DNA of 57,047 nucleotides from Candidatus Planktophila sp. (GTDB lineage Bacteria; Actinomycetota; Actinomycetes; Nanopelagicales; Nanopelagicaceae): assembly GCA_044355565.1 (NCBI GenBank), contig JBIKXW010000001.1, positions 1 to 57,047 of the forward strand, written 5' to 3'. Below the pieces are notes generated by a model. That model was not told the origin of the DNA. It worked only from the letters and a program-made list of their open reading frames with translations, and did no database searches. Each line of letters begins with the position of its first letter. The first letter of the stretch is position 1. The position numbers were made by a program, and so were the translations under genes. Shown here one piece after another: positions 10,238 to 20,255 of this stretch.

Positions 10238-11455
10238 GTGAATCTAAGCGCCAGAGATGTTTTCCCTGGTTTAGATTCCTTGATCTCGGACTCTCGTTTA
10301 GACAGAGTTTCACAAGCGATTAATGCTTTGTTTAGTAAAAGTCTTACTCGACTTGAAAACGGGAATCCCTTCATCATTACAGGCGATATCCCTGCGATGT
10401 GGTTGCGTGATTCAACCTGGCAAGTGGCTCCGTTGCTTCACTCAAAACATCCAGAGGTCATTGACTTGCTAATCGCTCTGAGTAAAACACAAATAGAACT
10501 TTTCATGATTGATCCCTATGCAAACGCATTTAATCCAGCCCCCAACGGTGAGTGCTGGCACAAGGACTTCTGGGATCAATCACCTTGGGTATTTGAACGC
10601 AAATATGAACTAGATTCATGGGCTTCGGTCTTGTATTTGGCGAGAATGATCGTCGAGAAGTATGAGCGCCTTGATCACATTGATAGCTCTTTCAAAGAAG
10701 CGCTTGAATTGATGCTCAAACTGGCCCGCAAAGAGCAACACCATCATCCCGAGTCATACATTTTCAGGCGTAACAATGGCGTTCCCCATGATTCTTTGTC
10801 CCATAATGGATACGGAGCACCAATTGGATACACAGGAATGGTCTATTCAGCTTTTCGTCCAAGTGATGATGCGTGTGTCTATGGATATCTGGTTCCATCA
10901 AACATCTTTTTTCTCAATGAACTAGAACTCTTGCCAAGAAACCTTAAATCTCCAGAATCAATTGCCTTAAGTTCGGAGATCAGAAAAGGTCTAGAAGAGT
11001 TTGCAATAATTGATGGTAAGTACGCTTATGAAGTTGACGGACTTGGAAATTCACTCTTTATTGATGATGCAAACATCCCTTCACTATTAAGTCTTCCGCT
11101 TCTGGGCTGTGTTTCTCCGGACGACAAAATCTATAAAGCAACTAGAGAGTTCATTCTTTCCAAGAAAAATCCTTTCTTCTTTGCAGGAACAAAGGCTGAA
11201 GGAGTCGGCTCACTACACACGCCAACCAACTATGTGTGGCCAATTGCCCTGGCCGTACAGGCATTAACTGATCCATCAGTAGATAGGAAGTTGGAAACCT
11301 TGGAATTGCTTGAGAAAACCGATGCCGGAACCGGAAACATGCACGAGGCATTCGATGTAAATGATGATAGAGAGTTTACGAGACCTTGGTTTTCTTGGGC
11401 CGATATGACCTACGTACAGCTAGTCCTAGCAAGCGTTGATTACTCCTTTGAATAA
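10238..11455 (+). CDS. Glycoside hydrolase family 125 (exo-alpha-1,6-mannosidase-like)
   Basis: ITGDIPAMWLRDS, DPYANAF, ERKYELDS, FRPSDD, DDANIPSLL and FTRPWFSWA motifs; start set at in-frame GTG 10238 after the greA stop. Confidence 0.88.
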   Translation: MNLSARDVFPGLDSLISDSRLDRVSQAINALFSKSLTRLENGNPFIITGDIPAMWLRDSTWQVAPLLHSKHPEVIDLLIALSKTQIELFMIDPYANAFNPAPNGECWHKDFWDQSPWVFERKYELDSWASVLYLARMIVEKYERLDHIDSSFKEALELMLKLARKEQHHHPESYIFRRNNGVPHDSLSHNGYGAPIGYTGMVYSAFRPSDDACVYGYLVPSNIFFLNELELLPRNLKSPESIALSSEIRKGLEEFAIIDGKYAYEVDGLGNSLFIDDANIPSLLSLPLLGCVSPDDKIYKATREFILSKKNPFFFAGTKAEGVGSLHTPTNYVWPIALAVQALTDPSVDRKLETLELLEKTDAGTGNMHEAFDVNDDREFTRPWFSWADMTYVQLVLASVDYSFE

Positions 11456-12508
11456 CTAGATTTTTCCAACTTTTACAGTTCCAAAGTGATCTGGCACTTT
11501 TTCATACGGTGTCGCATGGAAACGAATCTCTTGGGTAACAATTTCCCAATCTAAGTTTGAACTCAAAAGTGCTTCAAGGAAAACTCTTGCCTCTATCTCT
11601 GCGATGTGATTTCCCAGGCAGGTGTGAGGTCCGAAACCAAAGCTAAGGTGCGGATTTCGTCCACGATTGAAGTCGATTTGATATGGATCAGTAAAAACAG
11701 TTTCATCAAAGTTACCCGAAATAAAGCTGATCCCAACATATCTGTCATCGGGAAGCTCCAAGCCGGTGCTTTCTGGAACCAAGGTTCGATTCATCGCAGG
11801 AAGTGGAGTCAAGAACCTTAAAAACTCTTGAATCGCTGAACCAATGAGTTCGGGTCTTGAACGGAGTAAGTGGAGATCTTCAGGGTGGTTACCAAAATGC
11901 CAGATGATTCCTGTAAAGAGTTTAACGACGGTATCTCGGCCACCCGCAAGCATTACACCCGCTATTCCGCGAAACTCATCTGCCGAAACCTGAACACCAT
12001 TTATCTCAAGGCGTGCGATCTTGTTCCAGATGTCATTATTGCGGTGCTGCAACGCCTCTTCGTAAATAGCGTCTAGATAGCGATGTAAAACCTTTCCATC
12101 TCGCTTTTCCGATTCGGCGGTCCATACATCCGGTCCCCAAGAAATCCACTCAGCGACATCTTGCGGGCGACTATAGATAACTCCAAGATTCCTCATCACC
12201 AGTGGAAGGGCAAGGTCACGCCCAACTTCAAGTGAGCTATCTGCAAAAAAATCTGTAACTAAAGCTTCGGTATGTTTCTTAAATTCAGGGATTAATAACT
12301 CGATTGATGGCTTCACGAAGTATGGAGCTAGTGCAACTCGATAAAGGTGATGCCGTGGAGGATCAACTTCGAGAGGTAACTGTCTGTAGTCACGAACATC
12401 GGAATCACCTTGAAGATCCGATGAATAAGTCTCTGTATCCCGTAAAGCTTCTCGTACAGCCTTGTGGCCTACTATTGTCTTGCTAGCTTTTGGGTAAGAA
12501 ACTGACAC
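11456..12508 (-). CDS. Cytochrome P450
   Basis: DPPRH; I-helix AGGRDT; K-helix EFLR; heme motif FGFGPHTCLG. Confidence 0.93.
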   Translation of the reverse strand: MSVSYPKASKTIVGHKAVREALRDTETYSSDLQGDSDVRDYRQLPLEVDPPRHHLYRVALAPYFVKPSIELLIPEFKKHTEALVTDFFADSSLEVGRDLALPLVMRNLGVIYSRPQDVAEWISWGPDVWTAESEKRDGKVLHRYLDAIYEEALQHRNNDIWNKIARLEINGVQVSADEFRGIAGVMLAGGRDTVVKLFTGIIWHFGNHPEDLHLLRSRPELIGSAIQEFLRFLTPLPAMNRTLVPESTGLELPDDRYVGISFISGNFDETVFTDPYQIDFNRGRNPHLSFGFGPHTCLGNHIAEIEARVFLEALLSSNLDWEIVTQEIRFHATPYEKVPDHFGTVKVGKI

Positions 12509-12551
12509 TTCTCAAGAGTAATTAATTGATTCTGAATAATCAAGGAGAGCG

Positions 12552-12911
12552 ATGAATACCTTCCGAGCAGTTGCTGTCTTTCCCCACATTGAGCCAGCTA
12601 ATCTTGAAGAGTTTTGTTTACTAGCCGAACAGATGATGGTTGAGATTCAAAAACAAGAATCAATTCTTCGCTATGACATGTTTTTCAGCGATAACAAAAC
12701 CCGCTGCACAATTTTGGAGGAGTACGCCTACCCAGAAGCGGTCTTCGAGCACATAAAGAAAAATGCTGAATTACTTCAGCAATTATCTGGCTTAGGAGGC
12801 AAGATTGAAGGTGGCGTCTTTCCTATGGGACAAGATGGGGAAGCTCTTCAAGAAATAAAAAACAACTGGGATTCAACATTTCACAATCACTACATTGGAA
12901 AAGTTAATTAG
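12552..12911 (+). CDS. ABM/Dabb-like (putative quinol monooxygenase fold) protein
   Basis: About 120 aa with LRYDMF...CTILEEY..PEAVFEH pattern; AAGGAG SD. Confidence 0.55.
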   Translation: MNTFRAVAVFPHIEPANLEEFCLLAEQMMVEIQKQESILRYDMFFSDNKTRCTILEEYAYPEAVFEHIKKNAELLQQLSGLGGKIEGGVFPMGQDGEALQEIKNNWDSTFHNHYIGKVN

Positions 12912-13698
12912 AGTAGTTTTTGTACTTGCGAATACTCAGGGGAATAAAGATCGCCATCAAGACAACCATGTAAAGCAAAGAAGTCTCTAGTGGGTGCTGG
13001 CTTGGCCAAGAGTTCGCAGTTGCACCAAATTCATTTTTAAGGCCAAATAGTTGGCGACAGGCGGCAACCATTGTTGAGACCGGGTTCCATTCAGCAAAGT
13101 ACTGAAGTGCTTTAGGCATTCCCGTTGTAGGTGCGAAAGCGTTGGATAAGAAGGTCAACGGGAAGGTCACCAAGAAGCCAACGCTCTGAACGGTGCGAGC
13201 CTCTTTAACCGACAGGCCGACCAAAATTCCAATCCATGACAAGGCGTATCCAAACATGAAGAGAAATAGGAAAGCCAAAGTAGTTTGCAGGATTCCTGAT
13301 GTTGGACGCCAGCCAACTGCAAAGCCAGCAAGGGCCATGACGACGAGCACCAAAATATTGAGAAGCGCATCACCAAAGGTGCGTCCGAATATAACTGCGC
13401 CGCGTGAGATCGGAAGGGATCTAAAGCGATCGATCAAGCCCTTCTTCATATCCTCAGCTAAGCCAATAGCGGTTGATGCCAAGGTGAAAGCAACAGTTTG
13501 CACGAAGATTCCAGGCATCAATAGCTGCACATATCCACCAGGTTGACCTGTATCAATTGAGCCACCAAATACATAGCGGAACAACAACACAAACATCACT
13601 GGTTGAATCGTTGAGAAAACTAGTAGTTCTGGAACACGCGCTAACTGAAGAAGTTGACGCTTGGTGATGACCATTGCATCGTTAACTGCATTTTTCAC
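12904..13698 (-). CDS. ABC-2 type efflux permease (DrrB-like)
   Basis: QPVMFVLLFRYVFGG, GLIDRFRSLP and WNPVS motifs. Confidence 0.9.
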   Translation of the reverse strand: MKNAVNDAMVITKRQLLQLARVPELLVFSTIQPVMFVLLFRYVFGGSIDTGQPGGYVQLLMPGIFVQTVAFTLASTAIGLAEDMKKGLIDRFRSLPISRGAVIFGRTFGDALLNILVLVVMALAGFAVGWRPTSGILQTTLAFLFLFMFGYALSWIGILVGLSVKEARTVQSVGFLVTFPLTFLSNAFAPTTGMPKALQYFAEWNPVSTMVAACRQLFGLKNEFGATANSWPSQHPLETSLLYMVVLMAIFIPLSIRKYKNYSN

Positions 13699-14678
13699 TT
13701 CTTGCCGCCTCTCTTCTTCTTAGCCACTGGTTCTTCAACAGTTTCCTCTGCAACATGTCCTGTTAATGAAAGGAAGACATCATCTAGGGATGGACGCTTA
13801 AGTCCAATATCTAATGGGTGGATCTTGGCATCATCCATAGCGCGTAATGCATCCATCAAATCCTTTGATCCATGAAGCACTGGTGCACTGACGGTGCGAT
13901 GGTCTACATGTGTTGCATGACCGCTGATCTTGGCAACAATTTCATTTGTAGTTGCAAGATCTGCCGGTTCAACGGTGATTTCTAGACGTTCTCCACCCAC
14001 CTGCTTTTTCAAAGCATCTGATGTGCCACGAGCAATAACTGTTCCACGATCAATAACGGCGATCTCATCTGCTAATTGATCAGCTTCTTCTAGATACTGA
14101 GTTGTAAGAAGAAGTGTTACTCCGCCTTTAACAAGCTCCTGAATTACCTGCCACATATCTTGGCGACCACGTGGATCTAAACCTGTTGTTGGCTCATCTA
14201 AAAAGAGAATCTTGGGCTTAACAATTAAAGATGCTGCTAGATCAAGGCGACGGCGCATTCCGCCTGAGTAAGTTTTAATTGGACGCTTCGCAGCTTCAGT
14301 TAAATCAAAACGTTCTAATAACTCATTGGCGCGATCAATGGAGCTCTGGCGACCCAAGTGATACAAACGGCCAAACATCACCAAGTTATCCCAGCCGGTT
14401 AATGTCTCATCGACAGCTGCATACTGTCCTGATAAACCAATTTGCTCACGAACTTTGTCTGGATGTTTAATGACATCAATACCTGCAACAGTTGCTGATC
14501 CAGAGTCTGGCTTGAGTAGCGTTGCGAGAATTCTCACAGTAGTTGTCTTACCTGCACCATTAGGCCCAAGTACGCCTAAAACAGTGCCTTCTTCGACATC
14601 TAATGACAAATCATTGAGTGCTTTGACCTCGCCATTGCGATAGGTCTTTACTAAGTGTTCGGCGATAACTGATTTCAC
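13695..14678 (-). CDS. ABC efflux ATP-binding protein (DrrA-like)
   Basis: [40 protein letters not shown] and SLDDVFL motifs. Confidence 0.93.
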   Translation of the reverse strand: MKSVIAEHLVKTYRNGEVKALNDLSLDVEEGTVLGVLGPNGAGKTTTVRILATLLKPDSGSATVAGIDVIKHPDKVREQIGLSGQYAAVDETLTGWDNLVMFGRLYHLGRQSSIDRANELLERFDLTEAAKRPIKTYSGGMRRRLDLAASLIVKPKILFLDEPTTGLDPRGRQDMWQVIQELVKGGVTLLLTTQYLEEADQLADEIAVIDRGTVIARGTSDALKKQVGGERLEITVEPADLATTNEIVAKISGHATHVDHRTVSAPVLHGSKDLMDALRAMDDAKIHPLDIGLKRPSLDDVFLSLTGHVAEETVEEPVAKKKRGGKK

Positions 14679-14682
14679 GGAG

Positions 14683-14690
14683 TAACCTTA
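14683..14690. promoter_or_regulatory. Overlapping divergent -10 boxes (TAACCT plus, TAAGGT minus) for leaderless efflux operons
   Basis: 17-bp gap; hexamers lie 7 and 6 nt from the ATG and GTG starts. Confidence 0.6.
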
Positions 14691-14695
14691 CCTTC

Positions 14696-16309
14696 ATGTC
14701 TCATGAGAATCCTACAAATCAAGGTTCAAGCCAGCTATCTCACAAAGAAATTATGGTGATCTTGGGTGGTCTGATGACGGGATTGCTTCTAGCAGCACTA
14801 GATCAGACCATCGTCTCAACGGCGCTCAAGAGCATCGTTGAAGAGTTTGATGGATTGAATCACTACACATGGGTTGTAACCGCGTACTTGTTAACTTCAA
14901 CCGCATCAACCCCGTTATACGGAAAGATTTCAGATATTTACGGACGACGCGTTGTATTTCAATTTGCAATCGTTACTTTCTTAATCGGTTCATTCCTGGC
15001 GGGTGCCTCACAAAACATGGAGCAGCTGATTGCAACACGTGCACTTCAGGGCTTAGGTGCCGGTGGCTTGATGGCACTTACATTTGTAATTATCGGTGAC
15101 ATTGTTGCTCCACGTGAGCGCGGTCGTTACCAGGGTTACTTTGGCGCAGTTTGGGGATTGTCATCTGTTGCTGGTCCATTACTGGGTGGTTTCTTCTCAG
15201 ATCGTGGCGAAATTTTAGGTGTGAGTGGTTGGCGCTGGATTTTCTATATCAATATTCCTTTTGGAATTGCAGCCTTAATCATCACCTCAGCGGTACTTCA
15301 TCTTCCAAAGATAAAGCGCGAGCACTCTATTGATTATCTTGGCGCATTTTTAATGGTCTCTGCAGTTACTTTAGTTCTGCTGTCACTGGCCGTTTATGGG
15401 CCACAAAATGGGTGGGGAGATTCTCGAACAATTTCTTACCTGATCATCGGAACAATTCTGACCATTGTGTTCTTTATGTGGGAGAAACGTGCCAAAGAGC
15501 CTATTCTTCCGCTCCATTTGTTTAAGAACCATACCTTCTCTCTTACCTCTCTTCTAGGAGCAGTAATTGGAGCGGGAATGTTTGGCGCTATCGTCATGCT
15601 TCCTCTGTATCTTCAAGTTGTTAAGGGCGATACAGCAACATCAGCTGGACTTAAATTGATTCCTTTGATGCTCGGAATTGTTACCGCTTCAATCATTTCA
15701 GGAAAACTTATTTCAAAGCATGGCCATTACAAGCGCTTCCCCATCGCAGGTACTGCACTCATGACTATTGGTATTTTGTTGATGACACGTTTACAGATTG
15801 ATACGCCGTTCTGGCAGATCGCAATCTATGCAATCTTTGTTGGTGCAGGCCTTGGTCTATCTATGCAGACAATTGTTATTGCCCTTCAAAACTCAGTTGA
15901 TTTCAAGGACATGGGTGTAGCAACAAGCTCCAACACCTTCTTCCGCTCTCTGGGTTCGGTTTTTGGTACTGCGATTTTTGGAAGTATCTTGACTAATCGA
16001 GTTGCACATTATCTTGAATCAAACTTTGCAGAGTTGGCAACAACTAATCCTGCAGCTGTACAGGGTTTTGATATGTCCAAGCTTGAGGGAATCGGCAATA
16101 ACACCGCGGTGCTAAAGACTCTGCCACCAGAGATTCAGGCAACTGCGCTTAATGCCTTCGTAAACTCATTTCACATTGTTTTCTGGGCAGCAGCACCAAT
16201 TACTGCAATCGGCTTCTTTTTAGCGCTCAAACTTCGTGAAACTCCACTTCGTACTAACCAGGAGTATGCGGCAGCTCGCGAAGAGGCGGCAGGAGAGTCA
16301 CTCGGTTGA
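14696..16309 (+). CDS. DHA2 (EmrB/QacA-family) MFS efflux transporter
   Basis: [27 protein letters not shown] and [10 protein letters not shown] motifs; about 14 TM helices. Confidence 0.92.
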   Translation: MSHENPTNQGSSQLSHKEIMVILGGLMTGLLLAALDQTIVSTALKSIVEEFDGLNHYTWVVTAYLLTSTASTPLYGKISDIYGRRVVFQFAIVTFLIGSFLAGASQNMEQLIATRALQGLGAGGLMALTFVIIGDIVAPRERGRYQGYFGAVWGLSSVAGPLLGGFFSDRGEILGVSGWRWIFYINIPFGIAALIITSAVLHLPKIKREHSIDYLGAFLMVSAVTLVLLSLAVYGPQNGWGDSRTISYLIIGTILTIVFFMWEKRAKEPILPLHLFKNHTFSLTSLLGAVIGAGMFGAIVMLPLYLQVVKGDTATSAGLKLIPLMLGIVTASIISGKLISKHGHYKRFPIAGTALMTIGILLMTRLQIDTPFWQIAIYAIFVGAGLGLSMQTIVIALQNSVDFKDMGVATSSNTFFRSLGSVFGTAIFGSILTNRVAHYLESNFAELATTNPAAVQGFDMSKLEGIGNNTAVLKTLPPEIQATALNAFVNSFHIVFWAAAPITAIGFFLALKLRETPLRTNQEYAAAREEAAGESLG

Positions 16310-17532
16310 TCCGTTCACCTTTTCGAGATCTTCCACGTGAGGTTTCAATACTTGTAGCGGCATCATTCTTTGTCGCAGTTGGCTTTGGAATCATCATGCC
16401 TGCGATCCCTGTCTTTGCCAAGTCTTTTGGAGTAAACAACGCTGCGATTGGCTTGATGGTTTCAGCCTTTGCGATTACTCGCTTCGCATCAGGGCTTATC
16501 TCAGGAACCATGGTCGATAAGTTTGGTGAAAGAAAAGTTTTCTCAACCGGCGTATTTATGGTCTCACTCTTTACCTTTCTTGCAGGTGTTGCTCAAAATT
16601 ATGAGCAATTACTTTTCTTCAGAGCTGCTGGTGGTCTAGGTTCTTCGATGTTTTCAGTTGCTGCCAGCTCAGTGATCATGCGCTCAGTTAGCGATGATCA
16701 ACGTGGTCATGCGCAATCTGTTTATCAAGGTTCATTCATTGTCGGCGGTATGGCAGGACCTGCAATCGGTGGGCTTCTTTCTGTTATTTCTTTACGCGCA
16801 CCATTTTTTGTGTACTCAGTTCTTTTGTTTTGTTCTGGCCTTGTCGCGCTCTTCTTCCTCAAGGGAGATTCAATTGGCGCAAAGGTAAAGAACAGTGAGA
16901 GTGATGGTGCAACGACTATTCGTGAAGCCCTTGCAATGCCGCCGTATCGAATCGCTTTGGTATTGGCATTTATCGGTACTTGGGTTTTCTTCGGAATGCG
17001 TGCATCAATCTTGCCTGTATTCGTCACTGAAGAGTTGAATTCAACTACAGCTGTTGTTGGATATGGCTTTGCCTTATCAGCAATAGTTCAAGGAGCAATT
17101 CTGCTGAGAGCTGGAAGGTTCTCGGATCGAAGAGGTCGCCGCGCTGCTTCGATCCTCGGTGCAAATATCGTTTTCGTCGGAGTCTTGGTTCTCACCTTTG
17201 CTGTTAATGCATGGATGTTTCTGCTATCAATGATGATTCTTGGCTTGGGTGGAGCTTTTCTTTCGACAACCCCAGCGAGCATTGTTGGAGACATCATCAA
17301 AGGTAAGGGTGGCAAGGTAATTGCAATCTTCCAGATGGCCGGCGATGCTGGAATGATCTTTGGGCCAATCATTATTGGCTGGATCTCCGATATGTACTCA
17401 TACAGAACCGCTTTTGGCGCATCTGCGGTGATCTTTACCGCGGTGCTTTTCTTGGTGTATCGAATTCCAGAGACTAGAAATCTCGAAGGGCCCCAGGTAA
17501 ATAACCTGAAGCCCCTCGATGAAGATCTTTAA
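16306..17532 (+). CDS. MFS transporter (DHA1-like)
   Basis: MFS motif A twice ([20 protein letters not shown]); about 12 TM helices. Confidence 0.88.
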   Translation: MIRSPFRDLPREVSILVAASFFVAVGFGIIMPAIPVFAKSFGVNNAAIGLMVSAFAITRFASGLISGTMVDKFGERKVFSTGVFMVSLFTFLAGVAQNYEQLLFFRAAGGLGSSMFSVAASSVIMRSVSDDQRGHAQSVYQGSFIVGGMAGPAIGGLLSVISLRAPFFVYSVLLFCSGLVALFFLKGDSIGAKVKNSESDGATTIREALAMPPYRIALVLAFIGTWVFFGMRASILPVFVTEELNSTTAVVGYGFALSAIVQGAILLRAGRFSDRRGRRAASILGANIVFVGVLVLTFAVNAWMFLLSMMILGLGGAFLSTTPASIVGDIIKGKGGKVIAIFQMAGDAGMIFGPIIIGWISDMYSYRTAFGASAVIFTAVLFLVYRIPETRNLEGPQVNNLKPLDEDL

Positions 17533-17546
17533 TTAATTAGATCTAA

Positions 17547-18335
17547 TTAGTCATTTCCACGCAAGATTGAAAGAACGCGTAGAACCTCTAGGTACAACCA
17601 GACGATTGTGACCATGAGACCAAATGCTGCTCTCCATGACTCAGACTCTGGTGCACCAGCTGCTATTCCCTTTTGAATTGAATCAAAATCAAGGATCAAG
17701 AAGAAGGCTGCAAGAACCATTCCACCTGTTGCGATGATTAATCCAAGTCCACCAATGCTGTAGATGCTTGTTCCGGTAATGAAAGAAGACACTAGTGAAA
17801 CCACAGCAAGTACTAGGTAGCCGATGAGCGCTGTCATCAATACCTTGGTGAACTTAGGAGTAACGCGAATGCGTCCACTCTTAAATGCAAACAACATTCC
17901 AGCAAATGCACTGAGTGTTACCAAGATTGCCTGGCTAACAATTCCGTCATATGCGGTGTTGTACAAATTGCTGATTGTTCCTAGTGCAAGACCTTGGAAA
18001 GCTGCATAAGCGATTGCTAGCGCGGGCTTTACTGTCTTACTAAATGAGTTGACCATCGCAAGAATGAATCCACCGATGAAGCCAAGCATTAACGCTCCGC
18101 CACCTAGGTCCATTGACCAAGCAACAGCTCCTACAGTCACCAAGACTGTAAACATGATCGCTGTGCGTGCGACAACATCATCAATTGTCATACGGCCTGT
18201 GCGCAATGATGATGCGGCAGGTGTGTTGTACAAATTCTCTAGCGCTGCTGGGTCTGAGTTAATTGTGCTCGGATCGAATGCAGCGTATCCACGCTGATTA
18301 AACGCCCGTCCAAGAACAGGGTTTGAACTGCGCAT
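17547..18335 (-). CDS. Bax inhibitor-1/YccA-family membrane protein
   Basis: MRSSNPVL start after AGGAGA SD; MTIDDV, LILDFD, WRAAFGLMVTIVWLYLEVLR motifs (track start 18422 is too long). Confidence 0.9.
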   Translation of the reverse strand: MRSSNPVLGRAFNQRGYAAFDPSTINSDPAALENLYNTPAASSLRTGRMTIDDVVARTAIMFTVLVTVGAVAWSMDLGGGALMLGFIGGFILAMVNSFSKTVKPALAIAYAAFQGLALGTISNLYNTAYDGIVSQAILVTLSAFAGMLFAFKSGRIRVTPKFTKVLMTALIGYLVLAVVSLVSSFITGTSIYSIGGLGLIIATGGMVLAAFFLILDFDSIQKGIAAGAPESESWRAAFGLMVTIVWLYLEVLRVLSILRGND

Positions 18336-18444
18336 ATCTTTGTTCTCCTTTTGTAGGTCCGCCAGAATCTCCGGCGGTTGTGGTGCGGGATAATCGTACG
18401 GTTTGGGGAGCCCCGAGGCCAACGAAAAGCACGCTCAAATGCTT

Positions 18445-18501
18445 AAAAAGGACTTAAAGCCATCGCCCTGACTCGCTAGAAACCCGAATCAGGGCGATGG
18501 C
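18445..18501 (-). terminator. Intrinsic terminator after the collagen-like gene
   Basis: Perfect 13-bp inverted repeat GCCATCGCCCTGA (18459-18471 / 18489-18501) followed on the minus strand by TTTAAGTCCTTTTT. Confidence 0.7.
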
Positions 18502-18536
18502 CGGTCACACTAGAAATACTCTCTTCAATAAGCGAG

Positions 18537-19577
18537 TTACTTCAGAGCAAAGTGATTATCTTGGGTGGAAAAATCCATCCATGGGCTTCTGATAATCAGG
18601 ATCAAGGAGCTGGCGATTTGAGTCTTTGGAATTCGGAAGGAGACGGTCGCCTCCCCCTTTCCATTTTTAATGAGCTGCATGCCCCCCAAACTCTTTAAAC
18701 CTGAGTAATCATCTGAAACCAATTCTCCTGAAGCAAGCACCACATAGAATCTCAGATCATCTGACGCTGAGCGTGTTTGATTTGAAAGATTGGTAACAGT
18801 TACATTCAAAGTTACCCATGAATCTTTAGCAGCGCTATCCACGATTGCTTGGAGGTCGGCATTAATTTTACAACCTGTTGCAAATCCTCCACTTGCTGCG
18901 CAAACCGCTGTGTCATTTGGGAAGGTAACTGAGTTAATCGTGTATTGAAAATTATTCAGAGATCTGGTTTGACCAAGCTTTACCGGATTAGTTAAGGATG
19001 CAACATCGCCGCTCTTGATCGCAGAGTCTGAAGTGTAATTTGCTGCAGCAATGATTGTGACGGAACCATCTTTACCCTTCGGTCCTTCTGGTCCTTCTGG
19101 TCCTTCCGGTCCTTCTGGTCCTTCCGGTCCTTCTGGTCCTTCTGGTCCTTCCGGTCCTTCTGGTCCTTCTGGTCCTTCCGGTCCTTCTGGTCCTTCTGGT
19201 CCTTCTGGTCCTTCTGGTCCTTCTGGTCCTTCGGGTCCTTCGGGTCCTTCGGGTCCTTCGGGTCCTTCTGGTCCTTCTGGTCCTTCGGGTCCTTCTGCGC
19301 CATCAGCTCCCGCTGGTCCTTCCGGTCCGGCTGGTCCTTCTGGTCCAGCCAAACCTTTAACTGCACCGAGATCAAGTGCAATCGTTCCCGGCGGGCAACT
19401 CAACTTGTTAGGAAAAGTGACTGCCTTTGTTTTGATGTTTGCACACAGTAAATACCCTTTTTCAGCGGTATTAGTTGCAATGTATTTATTGACCGCAATT
19501 GCAGAGCCGCTCAATAAAAGCGAACCGATTAATAAACCAATAAAGAACTTGCCAAGACCAGATATTTTAGAATTCAT
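18537..19577 (-). CDS. Exported collagen-like protein: signal peptide, two-Cys domain, 33 Gly-X-Y triplets, beta-rich (DUF4352/Ig-like) C-terminal domain
   Basis: Hydrophobic N-terminus ending AIA; uninterrupted Gly-X-Y run with (GPE)23; [11 protein letters not shown] strand pattern. Confidence 0.8.
   Translation of the reverse strand: MNSKISGLGKFFIGLLIGSLLLSGSAIAVNKYIATNTAEKGYLLCANIKTKAVTFPNKLSCPPGTIALDLGAVKGLAGPEGPAGPEGPAGADGAEGPEGPEGPEGPEGPEGPEGPEGPEGPEGPEGPEGPEGPEGPEGPEGPEGPEGPEGPEGPEGPEGPEGPEGPKGKDGSVTIIAAANYTSDSAIKSGDVASLTNPVKLGQTRSLNNFQYTINSVTFPNDTAVCAASGGFATGCKINADLQAIVDSAAKDSWVTLNVTVTNLSNQTRSASDDLRFYVVLASGELVSDDYSGLKSLGGMQLIKNGKGEATVSFRIPKTQIASSLILIIRSPWMDFSTQDNHFALK
19081..19296. 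repeat. 9-bp tandem repeat GGTCCTTCN x24 (coding VNTR)
   Basis: Counted directly: 216 bp, 24 units, varying only at the 9th base. Confidence 0.95.
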
Positions 19578-19639
19578 AACGGGAGATTAATCTGAAGGAT
19601 TAATACTGGGCAAGGGTTTTTAAGTGAATATCTGGAAAG

Positions 19640-19712
19640 TGCCCCCGGTCGGACTCGAACCGACACTGGAAGGATTTTAAGTCCTCTGTCTCTGCCATTG
19701 GACTACGGGGGC
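19640..19712 (-). tRNA. tRNA-Leu(TAA), short variable loop, CCA not encoded
   Basis: Cloverleaf GCCCCCG...CGGGGGC-A; anticodon arm GAGGA-CTTAAAA-TCCTT; T-loop TTCGAGT. Confidence 0.93.
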
Positions 19713-19802
19713 CACAGTCAACTGCGCGGAAGTTTACTTGATGGGGGGCTTTTGCCGAAACTGAGCCTTAAATGAGGTAGATATCAGGGTTACGATGCAG
19801 CC

Positions 19803-20255
19803 ATGGACCATAAGCAAATTCTCGATAAGTATCACTCATCTGCAACCTCATTTGTTGAAGAGGGCGCAAAGATCTCAACTGAAAGCATGAGCCAATCAAA
19901 GGATGGCGAATGGTCTGCAGCCTTTGTTATCCACCACATTGCAGATGCTGAGATTCAATTTGGTGTCAGATATGCAAACGCACTGTGTGAAGAGAATCCA
20001 ACCATTGTTCCCTTCGATGAAGAGAAATTTCCTACTGGATTGCAGTACAACAACCGTTCAGTCGCGATCTCACTTCAATCGCTAGCCGCAAGCCATGCCA
20101 TGAACTATGAGATTCTAAAAAATGCTAGCGAAGCTGATTGGGAACGTGTTTCGACTCATCCTCAACGTGGCGCTGTCACGCTATTGCAGTTAGTAACTCT
20201 TTCTGCAAACCACATTGAAGGACATATCGATCAACTGAAGAACGCTGCTATTTAA
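19803..20255 (+). CDS. DinB/YfiT-family protein
   Basis: GEWSAAFVIHHIADAE, FDEEK and HIEGHIDQL His pattern. Confidence 0.85.
   Translation: MDHKQILDKYHSSATSFVEEGAKISTESMSQSKDGEWSAAFVIHHIADAEIQFGVRYANALCEENPTIVPFDEEKFPTGLQYNNRSVAISLQSLAASHAMNYEILKNASEADWERVSTHPQRGAVTLLQLVTLSANHIEGHIDQLKNAAI

Noticed and set aside
12526-12543. TTGATT-N6-AATCAA inverted repeat between P450 and the ABM gene as an FNR/CRP site
   Set aside because: Spacing does not fit TTGAT-N4-ATCAA, and short AT-rich inverted repeats arise easily by chance.
18336-18422. N-terminal extensions given by the ORF track for the yccA-like gene (also eno, ppx and copC)
   Set aside because: Downstream starts have better SD or overlap context and match family N-termini.
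19081-19296. Possible CRISPR array
   Set aside because: Contiguous 9-bp units with no spacers, inside a CDS, and no cas genes.
19051-19590. Plus-strand ORF with a (GPS)n collagen-like repeat, and the minus-strand (KDQ)n ORF at 18992-19381
   Set aside because: Both are by-products of a stop-free 9-bp repeat. Only the GPE frame has a signal peptide, flanking domains and variation confined to a synonymous position.
18500-19712. Integrative element or prophage at tRNA-Leu (also checked at tRNA-Gln and tRNA-Arg)
   Set aside because: No integrase and no convincing duplication of a tRNA 3' end.
19640-19712. tRNA-Leu lacking the long variable arm
   Set aside because: Short-arm tRNA-Leu(UAA) is, to my knowledge, already known in Actinobacteria.
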